Under the pieces are notes generated by a model, which saw only the letters and a list, made by a program, of their open reading frames with translations, searched no databases and was not told the DNA's origin. DNA of 64,000 nt from Bugula neritina (lineage: Eukaryota; Animalia; Bryozoa), in contig OZ037766.1 of the NCBI GenBank assembly GCA_964035545.1, positions 30,494,773 through 30,558,772 on the forward strand, written 5' to 3'. This document shows, piece by piece, positions 11,938-25,093 of the stretch. Both the position numbers and the translations under genes were made by a program. Each line of letters begins with the position of its first letter. The stretch's first letter is position 1.

Positions 11938-13776
11938 TGTTGTGTTAATACCAAGATGATGTATTTTAGCGATAAACATACGTACTATGACAATGCATAC
12001 GAATAAAACAAACAGTAAAGTAATTCCGCATGTGCGGTAATTCGAGTATAATACAACAGGGTGTAGTTGGTTTCCAACAGCGTTGGCTTTAAGAAAGACT
12101 CTATATAGTAAATATCAATATGTGTAGATTTATAGCTTACACAGTTAAGCTAATCAATCACACTCTTAACCCAAACACAAAGCCATAGATTGGTGATAAA
12201 CCTATTTTCTATATAATATATCTGGCGTGTGGGTGTGTGCTGTCAAAATGTGCATATTTTCACCTATAACAGCTTTGATTTTAGATTTATAAGTTATAAT
12301 TATTGTAGATGAATCTGGTTGTTTTTCATAATCATAGTAGACTAACAAACATTTTGCTGTAACTTTCGTAAAGACCCCAGCAAACATGTGCAAAGGTTCC
12401 AACAGCTATTCTTTAGTGTTGGATTCGGTGACCTAGTATTACTTTCATCATGGCTAGCTTGTGTAGGTTTCGTTCCTCTAACTGCCTTCTGTTATAGAGC
12501 ACCATTAATACACAATTACTTTTCATGAAACACATGCTGCATGTGTAGACTGGTGAATCAAACCCCAACAGAGCCATTGGCAAGGTTAAGGAACCATTTT
12601 CTCATAATATTTTCCTCTGCGTCACACAAAGCTGGTAAACCTAGTTACCAGCATGTGCTAAGGGAAGCTCCACATGCTCCCCTGAGACTTTAGCTAAACA
12701 GGGTTCTTACTGGATTATGTCTAAAATTATTAGTTTACTGTATTGTAGTTAATTGAGTACTTGCTACAGCCTTGTCTTTTGTGAATTGACCTTAAAAGGC
12801 AATCGAACAAATTTGCTTTATATATTCACAAGTGAACTTCTCATACTATAGAAGTACTATATGCTACTAGGAAACTACTCTCCTGCATAGTGCATCTTAT
12901 CTAACTGTCACCTCACTTCACAGTAGTTGAGTGGCCTAGTTATACTAACAGATACGTTTAAATTACTAATGGCCCATCATATTGTGATTAGCTCAATAGT
13001 CACATGGCAGTACATGAAAGCAGGTTATAATGATGTTATTATCTATAGTTTTCTTGTATATTCACATATTGCATTATAACTTTGTTGTTATATACAGGCT
13101 TTAATAGAAAAAGCTATGTAAAGTTTGCAGTTAAAAAGCTGATGTTTTATAGGCACATGTTGCTTCTCTACAGTTCAGCCTTGTAACATGTTGAATGCTC
13201 AATAAAACTTATTCTCATACTACTACAAGTTAATATAGATGCAGGAATTGAGAGGGTTTTAAATAGTAAATGTAGCAAAAAAAGTCCATGTGTTTTCAGT
13301 GAACGTTATGATAGAAGAAAATTAAATAAAATCTTGCACCATACATGTTTCCTTATTACATGGCTAAATGAGTTAGACCATTATCATTACAAAAACATTG
13401 GCATTGATTTGTGATGAAAAATGTATGCATAATTCAATCAACATGCATCCAAACTTGGTATTACTCAATGAATTTTAACATTGCCAGTTGAAGATGTAAA
13501 ATGTGTACTATAAGCTGCTATAGCTGCTAGCTACTGTCACCAAGTTTGAAATTTCAGGTTATTTGGTTTGACTTTTACTTTTAAAACTCTAGTATTGATT
13601 TATTTTCTATGTGAACAGCTTCTCACTAAGTACATCAACGACTGTCTTCTTTTTGATGGTAACTGTAGCTATAAATTTAATTTAATGGATGTTCTGCATA
13701 TTAATGATTGTGAGGATGTACTACATGTTATATTATGATAATAATTGTATTTCAGAGTTGAGAAACTATATACAAG

Positions 13777-16700
13777 ATGGCGGGAAATATGTATTACAAA
13801 CTAAAAGACTCTCTGAATAATTTGGAAAAGTTTAAAGCCATCTTGACTTCTGTGAAAGAATCTGAGAGACTAGCTTTACTCAAGCAGCAGGATAATTGGG
13901 GAGACGCCATATTAATGCTCGCTGCTAAGGGTGAACATTTGGATATTGTGAAATGTATTCTAGACTTGGTACCAGCAGCTGATTTACAGGAGCTACTCGT
14001 TGTACAGAATAGAAGAGGAAATACAGTATTTCATGATGCACGACTTGCTGTGAAGGAGTATATGTTAAAGTCTGTTATACCAGCAGCTAAGTTACACTCT
14101 CTACTTGCTATACAGAATAGAGAAGGAAACACAGCTCTACACCAGTTAGCATCATCGAACATTAATATAAGGTTGTTGACATACATAGTAGAATCTGTGT
14201 CAGCAACTGACTTATACAATCTATTTAGTCTACAAAACAAAGATGGTCAAACTGTTATCCACAGTTTAGCTTCTCCCTCTTGCAAAGACATAATGAAATG
14301 CATTACAGAAACTGTACCTGTAACTGAGTTGTACAGACTGCTCTCCATACAGGACACAGATGGGAGAACAGCAGTTCATTGGGCAGCAGATCATGGTTAT
14401 ACAGAGATGATGCATTGTATGGTACAGTCTCTTCCAGCTCCTGACTTACAGAAACTACTTATTATACAAAACAATAATGGACAGACAGCTATGCACATGG
14501 CGTCTAGAAGGGGCCATACAGAAACTCTAAAAGTTATGGCAGATGTTTTGCCAACCACTGATTCATTACACATCTTTGTTGAAAAGGATGCGCATACAGG
14601 CAATACAGTTGCACATGAAGCAGCTTGTGAAGGGCATACAAAGGCCATGCAGCTTATAATAAAGTCAATACCAGCAAAAAAACCGATAGAATTTTTGGTT
14701 TTGCCCAACAAAAAAGGCAACACAGCTTTACACATGGCTACAGAAAGAGGTCATAGTGAAACAGTGAAATGTATATTAGACTCTGTAGCATCATCTGAAT
14801 TAAACAAGCTGCTCCTCATACAAACAGAGAATGGCAGAACAGCTTTACACTGTGCAGCAACAAATTGCCAGCTCGATACAATAAAATATATTGTTGATGC
14901 TGTACCAGCAGCTGATTTATACAAGCTAATCAGTGTACAGGATAAATCTGGTAAAACAGTGCTTCACTTGGCAGCACACAGAGGTGATTTAGAGTCCGTA
15001 CCAAAGATTAACATATACAAACATTTCAGTGTACAGGAAAATTCTGGTCAAACAGTGGCAGCATACAAAGGTTTTTTAGAAATAGCGAAATTCATTATTG
15101 AGTCTGTACCAGCATCGGATTTGATTAAAGTTCTTAGCATACAAGATAATGATGGTGATAGTTTCACACACTTGAGAGTTTGTCGTAGTACGGAAATATT
15201 AGAATACCTAGCCGGAGTTTTACCAGAAAGCAGTTTATACAATCTATTCAGCATCCAAAACAAAGCTGGTGGCACAACAATACATAAAATATTAGCTGAA
15301 AGACAAGTGCAAGCATTCAAGTCCATAAAAAGATGTTTACCCAAAGTTCAGTTCTATCAACTGCTGATGTTAAAAAACAGCGAGGGTAACACATCTCTTC
15401 ATGCAGCTGTTTCTATGGGGAATACAAATGTAACTGAGTTGGTACAGCTGCTCATAGATTCTGTTCCTGCTGACAAAGCATTTGATCTACTAAGTGTCCA
15501 AAATGAATTTGGCAGTACTGCTTTCCACTGCTGCAGCACAAAAGAAAACTTTACTAAACTAATAAACTTCATGATAGACAGAATACCAGAAACTGGCTGG
15601 CCAGAAATACTTTTTACTCAAAATGCCAACCAGGATACAGTGTTTCATCATGCAGTCTGTCAGAAATATACAGAAACAACACAACTTATTCTGAGTTCTG
15701 TACCATCAGCTGACTTAATTAAACTCCTTATCACACAAAACAATTTTGGAAATACACTGCTGCATTGTGCAGTCTGTAGCAGTCAATCAGATACTGTGAA
15801 GCATATTCTAAGTCTAGTACCAGCAGACGAACTGTTCCACCTAGTGAGCATACAGAATAAAAATGGGGATACAACAGTGCACCAAGCAGTTGCAAGGTAC
15901 AACATGAACGCAGCTAACCTTCTTATAGGCTGCCTCTCAGCTGCTAACTATATGAAATTACTTTTAATACAGAATTCTCAGGATAACACTATTGCACACC
16001 TTGCAGTAAATTGTAGGGACACTCTTCAAAATAACTCTTTACATGAAAAACTTATATTTTGGAAGACTATAACAAGAACTGTTGCACAAAGTGCCATGCT
16101 CCAAATGAGTGGTAAAAAAGACCGCTATGGTAAAACATTTCTTCACCATGCAGCAGAAGCAGGTGATGCAAAAATATTTAAACATGTCATTAGTCTAACC
16201 CAAAAAACTGACTTGTACAGTATATTTAGCCTACAAGATCAAGAAGGTAACACAGCTATACACCGCGCTACATCTTTGGGCCTCACCGACATAGTGAAAT
16301 GTGTAGTAGACTCTGTTCCACCAGCTGATTTGTGGAAGCTGCTTAAAATTAAAAATCAGCAAGATAAAACAACTCTGCATAGTTCAGTCGCCAGCAATAA
16401 TATGGAAACATTGCAATGTCTAGTGGACTCTGTTGAAGCAACTGACTTGTACACACTGCTCCTCACGCAGGATATATATGGTGACACAGCTGTTCATTCT
16501 GCTGCACATAGAGGACATGTGGACATGTTAAAGTATCTGTTGGATAAGCTATCACCAGAGCAATGTCTAGAAATACTCAACACCAAAAATCTCAAACAAT
16601 TTTGTCCACTAAAAACAGCCAAGTCCAACAAACAGTATAAAGCTTCAAATTGCCTTGCTGAATACAGAAGAAATGCAGAAGATTATGTTGAAAGTAGGTA

Positions 16701-19388
16701 TAAGCTATGACTGCTGGCGACACCATTTGATTTATATTTATACTTGTACTTAACTCATGAGCGTAAAAACAATTGTCAGTATAGAGATGTTTCAGAAACT
16801 TACAAAGTGGTTTTTAGCTATAATGACCACACTTAATTAGTATGTCAGTAGTGAATTTTCGATCTGGAAAACCACATTTTTTCACATTTGGTGTTTTCTA
16901 TTTAGCTAAGTCATTTTAACATAAAAAAAACTCACACAAGTTTATAGTCATTATCCCTGTGAGAAACCCCTGATAGAAAGGGTTTTTGTTAAAGCGGGCT
17001 AAGGACTTATTTAAATGAGGCACATGAGCAATTATGACTGGATGCTCTTCCTAACATCACCAATGGCCTTTGTCAGGGCTTGAACCCATGACCTTCGTGT
17101 TTACTAGGCAAACGATCTAACCCCTAGACCAAGTCATTTTAACATAAACATACACATATTATTTTGCTCCCAAGAAATTGTTTGCATTTCAAATCTACTG
17201 TTTAAATGTTGGGTGATATATTATTACTGTCTAATATTTCTCTCTTACAGCACAGGCATATTCATTTTATAGACTCCAGTCAAATGAGTGCCACTCTGAA
17301 AGATAGTCTGAAGTACCTGGATGAGAGAAACAGAGATGTAGATATCATGCCACTTCCTGTCAAACCCTGTACTCTGCAATCTGTGACAGAGAAATTCTAT
17401 TCTAACAGTGTAAGGATATTACTTTATTTGTATACAATCATTACATTTGAAACCCAGTAGTATGTAGTAACATATGTATATGACTCAACTGTGTTTGTTG
17501 GATTAACAGAGAAAGAAATGTTAGGTTTAAAGGTGAAAATAGCCCATATTTAGTTTTGCTACAAATATAAGCATCTCTTCATTTCTAACCTTTTCTAGCT
17601 CTTTAAATACTAACTATATTAACTTATTTACCAACATTCTGTTTGAGATCTCTGAGAACACAAGATCTGCAAGAGTCTTTAGGCAGCAATTAATACTTTG
17701 AACATGCTTGTGTTGTAGGTGTACAGAATGTCAGCACCTGTGAGAGGAAGATGTCTGATTATCAACAACAGGTACTTTGACAGACCTGCCACTCCAGCTC
17801 CTGGTCAGGTTCAGCTAGAACACAGAGATGGATCTGAAAATGATGTGATGAACATCTGGAATGTGTTTCATCAACTAGGCTTTGACTGTGACCTAAGAAC
17901 TAACCTTACTAGCAAGGTAAATTGTTGAGAGTGAGAACCCATTTTTTCTGAGTATTTATAAAACATGAAGAGAATATTTTGCATGATTGCCTTGTTATTG
18001 AATGATTTGCATAGCAAATTACAGTAGCATAATAAATTTATTGATAGCTGAATCCAGCCTGATTATTTTTAAGTTTAATGGAAAAATTTAAATCCTTTAT
18101 TGGATTTATAGTCGATGTATATTTATCTTCTATAATTATAGAACTAAAAAAATTCTCTTTTTCTCAATTAAGCAAATGCTAGAAGACATAGAGAGAGAAA
18201 CACAACATCCTGACTATAAAGTACTCGGAGTCAGTGTATTAGTCATCATGACTCATGGGGCAGAAACTGAAGTCTACGGTAAAGATGGCTGCCCAGTAAA
18301 ACTGACAGACATCTATGATTTGATATCTCCTTACAGATTCCAGTCAATGGCCGGAAAACCCAAAATTGTTATCTTCCAATCATGTGCTGGTCGTGAGTCA
18401 CTTCCTCTTTTGTTTAGATGGCTCTAACATGGAGTTGTTTAGTAAGATACAAACTTTAAAAATGCACAAAAGTGGTTTCTTATACTCTTTTTGGTCACTT
18501 TTGTGAGCTTTTTCTTCAAGATGTATTAAATTTCATGATATTAGCAAAAACTACCTCATTATTAACCATTGGAATTTGACCTAAAACGTCAAATGAAAGA
18601 CTTACAGTAAGATTAACTTTTCTTATTGACATTACATTTGAATGGCTGTTGTAGACAAGGCAGATGATATGGGATTTTATACAACAGATAGCAAAACTAA
18701 AGTAGATGTCAAAGCAGAACCTCCATTTCCAGGAGACCAACCAGCTTCTGATGATTTGTTTATCTTGAGAGCCAGCTTTCTGGGTCAGTCATATACAATC
18801 AAACCTTCTATGTTGTTTCAGAAAAGAGTATCATTTTTAAATACACATATGCAGCATAAATCTCTTTTTATTAACATTTCTTTAAAAAACTTGTATTTAA
18901 GCTCTAAATATTTGCTTGATTTTAGTCCCATGCATATTATTAGTCTTAGCTAGAGAGCAACTGGAAATTATTCATACATTTCAGGTTACCGTTCAGCGAG
19001 ACATTCCAAGCAAGGCACCTGGTTGATAAGAGCCTTAGTGTATGCTTTGTATACCTATGCATGTGATAAAGATATACAGAGCATATTTGAAGAGGTAATG
19101 GTTTACTCAATAAAAGTTTTGGCTATACACAGAAATTGTGTATTCATGCAAGTTGACACATGCTTGGCTGTAAAATTAATAGTAAACCAATCAACACTTG
19201 TTGACAATGACATTGAGTTAGCTGATGTTGATATGTTTTAGGTCAAAGAGATCGTGAAAGAGAAGAGTCTGCTAGCTTCTAAAAGGGATGCAGACATAGG
19301 GGGACAACAGCCAACATTTGAATGTTTTTCCACAAAGAGAAGACAACTTTTCCTGTTTCCTAAATTTGATCCTCCAGCACCTAAGTAA
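13777..19388 (+). CDS. Ankyrin-repeat caspase, copy A (~1285 aa). Exons 13777-16693, 17273-17409, 17719-17916, 18173-18392, 18655-18783, 18985-19094, 19242-19388
   Basis: Ankyrin motifs (GxTxLHxAA) across exon 1. A phase-1 donor joins caspase exons: VYRM..RGRCLIINN, HRDGS, IMTHG, GKPKIVIFQSCAG, GYRSARHSKQGTWLIRAL, RRQLFLFP. An in-frame TGA upstream of the ATG supports the start. Confidence 0.87.
16926..17130 (-). mobile_element. tRNA-derived SINE, slightly 5'-truncated, in intron 1 of copy A
   Basis: Minus-strand A-box-like GGTCTAGGGG and B-box GGTTCAAGCCC. 18-bp TSD AAGTCATTTTAACATAAA at 16908-16925 and 17131-17148. A related copy lies at ~60146-60366. Absent from the paralogous introns. 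Confidence 0.8.
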
Positions 19389-21108
19389 ATATCTATTGGA
19401 TTTGTCTGCACATTTCGAAGCCTTGCTGACTGAAAGTTTCAAGAAATTATTCCAAGAATCAAACAAACTTCTAAACTATAGCTAGCACTTATTCTATATT
19501 TGCCTACTTGAATAGTTTCTTCCAGTACTAAGGAAATCTGCAACTGATGTGTAAATAGAAAATACATTTTACCCAACTAACTGATTAACCTAGCTTTGCT
19601 ATAACTCTTGCAGAGTAGGATAAACACTAGCACTTACTGCAGAAAGCTTCTTTTGCCATTAAACAAACCTTAGAATATATTTCACTTTACTTTCGGAGTA
19701 ATCCCTTCTTTTTATTTTTCACTTCAGCTTGACATCTTTATTACACTTAAAACCATTAGCAGTTTTATTTATTGTTATTCAAACAATGCTGAAAATATTA
19801 TTTTATTTGTTATACTAAAAGTACTGCATCTGCCTAGATGTCTGATTAGAGTTATAAATACCCTGAATAGGTTTGCTGTGTCAATATTACATAATTTACT
19901 ATGTTGAGAAGTGTGTGATGTAATGATTTCATAACAATTCTGAACCACTTTAATTGTTTAATATCTTTATTATATGAATTCAATAATCAATTGGCATTTC
20001 TTTTATTTAGCATTTTTTAAGCCTGGGATATGCTTATATTTGATATATTAATATATAATCACAGTACTAAACTAGTTCACATATGCATATTGTGTTTTTA
20101 TGTAGGTCTTGTATGCTTATAATATACTTTATATTTTAGTATTGTATTACTATCATAAATTACACCACTATTATAATGTGTTGTTCTTTTTCACTTGCTT
20201 GATTGCTTTTTAGATGCTTTAAATAAATACAAAATATACATATATGTATGTTTGTTTTTATATAAGTTATTATTTAGTGTGAAGCAAAGCAAATTCACAT
20301 ATATTTAAATGTTATAACTATACCATGAGATAAAGTATGATAGACTGATACATTTCTGCTTATTTCATCCTACTAACAAGATGCTGTCACAGTCATACCT
20401 GCTAACAACTGTAATATAAACTTAAACAGTATTATTCATTGAGTATTCAAAGTATATAGTGATATATAAAATACACAACTGGAGGTTTGTGGCACAGCTG
20501 TAAGAATATTATAATTATTTTGGTTTTTTTTCTTATCTTTGTTTCAGCAACTATTAATGCAAAGATTTTAAATTCAGGCAATTTCTTTATAGAGTAGATA
20601 TGCACAGTTAAATGTAAATGAAAATTAAACTGGAACTGTAATGTAAAATAATGGGAAGGTCACCTTTGCTGCCCACAGTTTGATCTTTCAGAGAATTTAG
20701 GCAGGCCATTGATGTAGATAATCATGGAAAATACCCAAGGATTGTCATATATTATTATGCAAACAGCCAATACACCCTGTTACCAGCATGTGCTAAGGGA
20801 GGCTCCATATAGTCCCCTGAGACTTTTGCTAACAGGAATTCTTACAGGATTATGTTTAAAATTACTAGTGTGCTGTACTGTACTGTACATCATATGCTAC
20901 TGTTTTGCCTTTTGTGAATTGAACTTAAATAGCAATAAAACAAATTTGCTTTATATGTTAAGAAAACATTCTCGCACATACTTGTCCCTGTGCCAAGGAA
21001 AGCTTATTATATGGCTTCAATTGTTGCTATCTTATAAATATATATCATAAACAGGTATAATAGGTTGTTGGACTGTACTTGCAGTTAATAACTTAAATAA
21101 ATAGTTAC

Positions 21109-21550
21109 ATGATGGAAGAAAATAAGTATTGCAAACTAAGAGACTCTCTGAATAATTTAGAAAAGCTTAAAACTATTTTAACTTCTGTAAATGAATCTGA
21201 TAGACAAGCTTTAGTCAAGCAGCAGGACAACAGTGAAAACACCATATTAATGCTAGCTGCTGGATGGGAACATTTGGATATTGTGAAATGTATTCTAGAC
21301 TTGGTACCAGCAGCTGACTTACAGGAGCTACTTATTGTACAGAATAGAAATGGAAATACAGTATTTCATGATGGAACTAATGCTGTGAAAAAGTATATGT
21401 TGAAGTCTTTACCACCAGCTAAGTTATACTCTCTACTCGCTATACAGAATAAAGAAGGAAATACACTTCAAAATCATTTAAGAATAAAAAAGTGAACAGC
21501 TGATGAAATGCATAGTGAAATCTGTGTCAGCAACTGGTTTATACAACCTA
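21109..21550 (+). pseudogene. 5' fragment of the ankyrin exon (~128 codons, then frameshift and truncation)
   Basis: MMEENKYCKLRDSLNNLEK...LMLAAGWEHLDIVKC is homologous to the N-terminus of the full genes. Homology ends near 21550. Confidence 0.85.
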
Positions 21551-23249
21551 AAAGCCAGTATTCAGCATAGTAATATGAGTCAACATGCGAAGTCTCTTGT
21601 AGATAGTCTGGGTCTTTTACCCCCTCCCTTACAGTTAGAGTCATATATAAGGCAACAGTTGTAGTTTCAGTGGAATGGCTATTGACAGTTGCTCTGTAAA
21701 ACAACTGTATCCCCAATGATAATATTTGTTAATATCTTATGTTTTCTATGTCTAAGCATCTATAATTAATATATACATGGTTGTTCAGTCTTATTATCAT
21801 AGATATAACAGATTCACACATTATAAGTGTATGTTAAACCGTTTAACTTTATGATTTATGTAATCCAATAACAAACATGCTTATATTATGCATTGTATCA
21901 GTGTGTAATGGAACTGGTGTACAAATAAAGAAGATTAATCTAAATCAGTGGTTTCCAGCCTTGTGGGAATTCCCCTTGGAGGGATTTGGGGCTTTTGAAG
22001 AAGGGGAATTTCATTTCTAAAAAACTCTTACAGTTGTTTAAGCGCGTTTTGAGCTCTTGCTTGTTTCTAAATTATTTACCCACACTGAATTTTAATTTTA
22101 CATGCATGTGTCTGTCAATCATTACCCAGCTATCTCCTATCTGTGTTACTGGGAATTGAGGTTAAGAACTCTCAATTGAGAACAAAACCAACAGGAACTT
22201 TTAGCAGCCATGCAAGCTAATATCTAGGAGTTACTTACCCATGACTAGTGGGTATATTTGCTGCACTAAACCTGAAAATGCAATCATCGCATCAGTGCTG
22301 TTCATAGCAGCATCAATGCTTTCAAAGCCAATTATTATGAAAAGAACCTGTTCAAAATACCTTCTCAAAGCAATTCTAAGCATCTTTTTGAACTCTTAAT
22401 AGAGTTCGAACAGTATTTCCCTGAGCTACTTTCAGAAAGAAGATTCTTGATTTGACAAGAATCTTCTTTCTGAAATGGGAATGTGATCTGTGAAAGGGGA
22501 ATAAAACTGGCTAGACAAGTTCTACTGGACAAATTAAACACACTTTGTGGAGGTTAGTTGGTGAAGAATGCATTTGGTTGGCTTTCTGTTGGAGAGCTTT
22601 CCATAATAAACAGCTAATTGCTGGCTCTGAGCTGTTTTAATTCAGATATATCATATATGCCCTTATGGCTAATGCTTGCCATGTGAATCAACGCTCATCT
22701 GAAAGCCATGATTAATTATCTGTCAGAGCAAATTGCAAAATGTTTTCGTTATGATTACTGGACCAGAAAACATAGTTAACCTCAAGTGACATCTGTCAAA
22801 CCACTGCAACATAACTCCTTTGTACTGGAGGAAGTTCTAGTTTACTGCGTACTAAACTAGAGCATAGCAGTTGACTTCAGGTGTTATCCACTGTACAGAG
22901 ACTCTAAAGCAATACCGTAACTAGAAGTATACTTTCACTGCAGCTACAATTGAAGAACAAAGTCAACGTGTTTTACTGAGCTGGAAGTTTTTGGTATGTA
23001 GAAAGAAAATACTGGCAAAAGTTGTTTTCGGAAAATTACAGTTATTCATATAAATTAAACACATGGATTGCAGAGAGCTGTAGTTTGCTTCCAACAGCGT
23101 GGCTTTAAAAAAAACCTCTAGGAAATATGTGAAGGTTTATAGTTTATACAGGTAAACAAAGCAATCGCACTTTTAACCCAAACACAAAGCCATAGATTAT
23201 AAACCTAATTTCTATATAATATATATAGCCTATATATATAGCCTATATA

Positions 23250-23410
23250 ATGTGCATGTGTGCATGTGTGCATGTGTGCATGTGTGCATGTGTGCATGTG
23301 TGCATGTGTGCATGTGTGCATGTGTGCATGTGTGCATGTGTGCATGTGTGCATGTGTGCATGTGTGCATGTGTGCATGTGTGCATGTGTGCATGTGTGCA
23401 TGTGTGCATG
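23250..23410. repeat. Octamer microsatellite (ATGTGTGC)n
   Basis: About 20 perfect units, strictly alternating purine-pyrimidine. The homologous sites in other units have only a short GT-rich seed. Confidence 0.95.
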
Positions 23411-23769
23411 TTTGAAAATTTGCATATTTTTACCAAACAGTTTTGATTCTAAGTTTATAAGTTATAATTACTATAAATGAATTTGGTTGTTTTTTATAAT
23501 TATAGTAGATTACCAAACATTTTTGCTGCAACTTTATGTCAAGAGCCTACCACCCTATTAAGCTGGAGGCGCCAGCAATATGTCCAAATGGTTCCAACAG
23601 CTATCCTTTAGTGTTAGCCTTGGGTGACCTGGTATTACCTCCATCATAGCTAGCTTGAGTAGGTTCAGTTTCTCTAAATGCTTTCAGTTACTGTTAGAGG
23701 AACTTCATACACTATTTCTGTTTTTGGAACACATGTTGTATAGGCTGGTGAATCAAACTCCAACAGCTA

Positions 23770-24329
23770 GGGTGACTAATCAATATTCCGAAGGCCCATT
23801 GATCCGAAGGTCCATTAGTCCGAAAATTAGTAGACACAGGCATCCTCACTGAGACTATATCATTAATTTTACTCACAATTTAGTTTAAGTTCTTTATATT
23901 TTATTGCTCTGTGGGTGGCATGCGCGTTGCCTACTTGTGATTGTTTAGCTTGAGATTACTCTTTGAAGCTGTCTAAATTAGGGCTGGATTATCTATCAAA
24001 ATTGTGACTGCTCCATAAGCAAAGTACACACCAAGTTATTCACTAGCCTGTCAGCTAGCGAGCCTGTAATTAATAATGTACGCATAATTATGTTGATAGA
24101 TGATGCAGCTGCTTGTTGATCATAGTGTAATCTCAGGCTAAACAATAACATGTAGGCAACGCGCATGCCACCCGCAGAGCAATAATGTAGCAAGAACTTA
24201 AACTAAATTGTTAGTGAAATTAGGGATATTCTCAGTGAGGATGCCCGTGTGTACAAATTTTCGGACTAATGGACCTTCGGAGCAATGGGCCTTCGGAGCA
24301 ATGGGCCTTCGGAATATTACTCCGTCCCC
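23770..24329. mobile_element. Foldback/MITE non-autonomous DNA transposon with long TIRs; an extra terminal fragment lies at 24349-24393
   Basis: Left AATATTCCGAAGGCCCATT..TCCGAAGGTCCATTAGTCCGAAAATT..GGCATCCTCACTGAGA mirrors right TCTCAGTGAGGATGCC..AATTTTCGGACTAATGGACCTTCGGA..GGGCCTTCGGAATATT. Subterminal TCCGAAGG repeats. Absent at the homologous site ~12565. Confidence 0.85.
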
Positions 24330-25093
24330 CCCCCCCCCAACAGAGCCAGGGGACGGAGCAATATTCCGAAGGCTCATTGCTCCGAAGGTCCACTTGTTTA
24401 AACCCTGTTACCAGCATGTGCTAAGGGAGGCTTTACATACTTCCCTGAGACTTTTACTAACAGTGGTTCTTACAGGATTACATCTAAAATTACTTGTTTG
24501 CTGCACTGCAGTTATTGAGTATATGCTACTGTTTTGACTTTTGTGTATTGACCTTAAAAGGCAATATAACAAACGTGCTTTATATTATATTCACAAAAGA
24601 ACCTCTCATGCTAGAAATACTATATGATATTAAAAAATACACTCCCGCATCTTATATAGATGCCAGAAGGCTTTAAAGTAAAGAGTTCAGGGGAATGTAT
24701 CACACCTGCATCACAGTAGTGGCCTAGTAATACTAACAAATACATAGTTTAGATTAGAAATTGGCAATGATCACATTGTGATTAGCACCAATAGTCACAT
24801 GACAGTGAAATAATGATGGCTAGCTATTGACACCAAGTTTGAGACTTCATGCAGCTTCTAAGTTTTGTTTGGTTTGACTTTTGCTTTCGAAACTTTGATA
24901 TAACTTCTGGTGATACAAAGTTCCGCAAAAGCCATGTTTCTCTTTGATAAAACTGCAACTCTACACCTGAATCTATAGCCCAAAATCTAATCAATCTAAT
25001 GAACATTCTGCATATTAATGATTATGAGGATGTACTTATACATGTTATATTATGATAATAATTGTAGTTTAGAGTTGAGAAACTAGTTACAAG

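Larger units (their letters stand above)
7489..12058 (-). mobile_element. Complete Ty3/Gypsy LTR retrotransposon (Mag/K02A2.6-like), recent insertion
   Basis: Identical 121-bp TG...CA LTRs at 7489-7609 and 11938-12058. 5-bp TSD GGGTG at 7484-7488 and 12059-12063. PPT AGAAAGAGAGG next to the 3' LTR; PBS next to the 5' LTR. Empty site in the paralogous units (~23070, ~34945). Confidence 0.96.

Noticed and set aside
13777-16710. Intronless ankyrin ORFs as bacterial endosymbiont (Wolbachia/Legionella-like) contamination or stand-alone genes
   Set aside because: Flanked by splice signals, phase-compatible with caspase exons, and embedded between metazoan genes. An ancient horizontal origin of the exon cannot be tested without a search.
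17060-17130. tRNA-like A/B boxes (also ~60290-60366) as tRNA genes
   Set aside because: No complete cloverleaf; attached to a shared non-tRNA body with a TSD, so these are SINEs.
20724-21050. Recurrent ORFs containing YQHVLREAP (also 24208, 32468, 35197)
   Set aside because: Frames, starts and stops differ between copies; this is duplicated non-coding sequence.
23205-23480. His/Cys-rich (HMHTCTHA)n and (CMCACVHV)n ORFs resembling metal-binding peptides
   Set aside because: Translations of an 8-bp microsatellite that is open in many frames.
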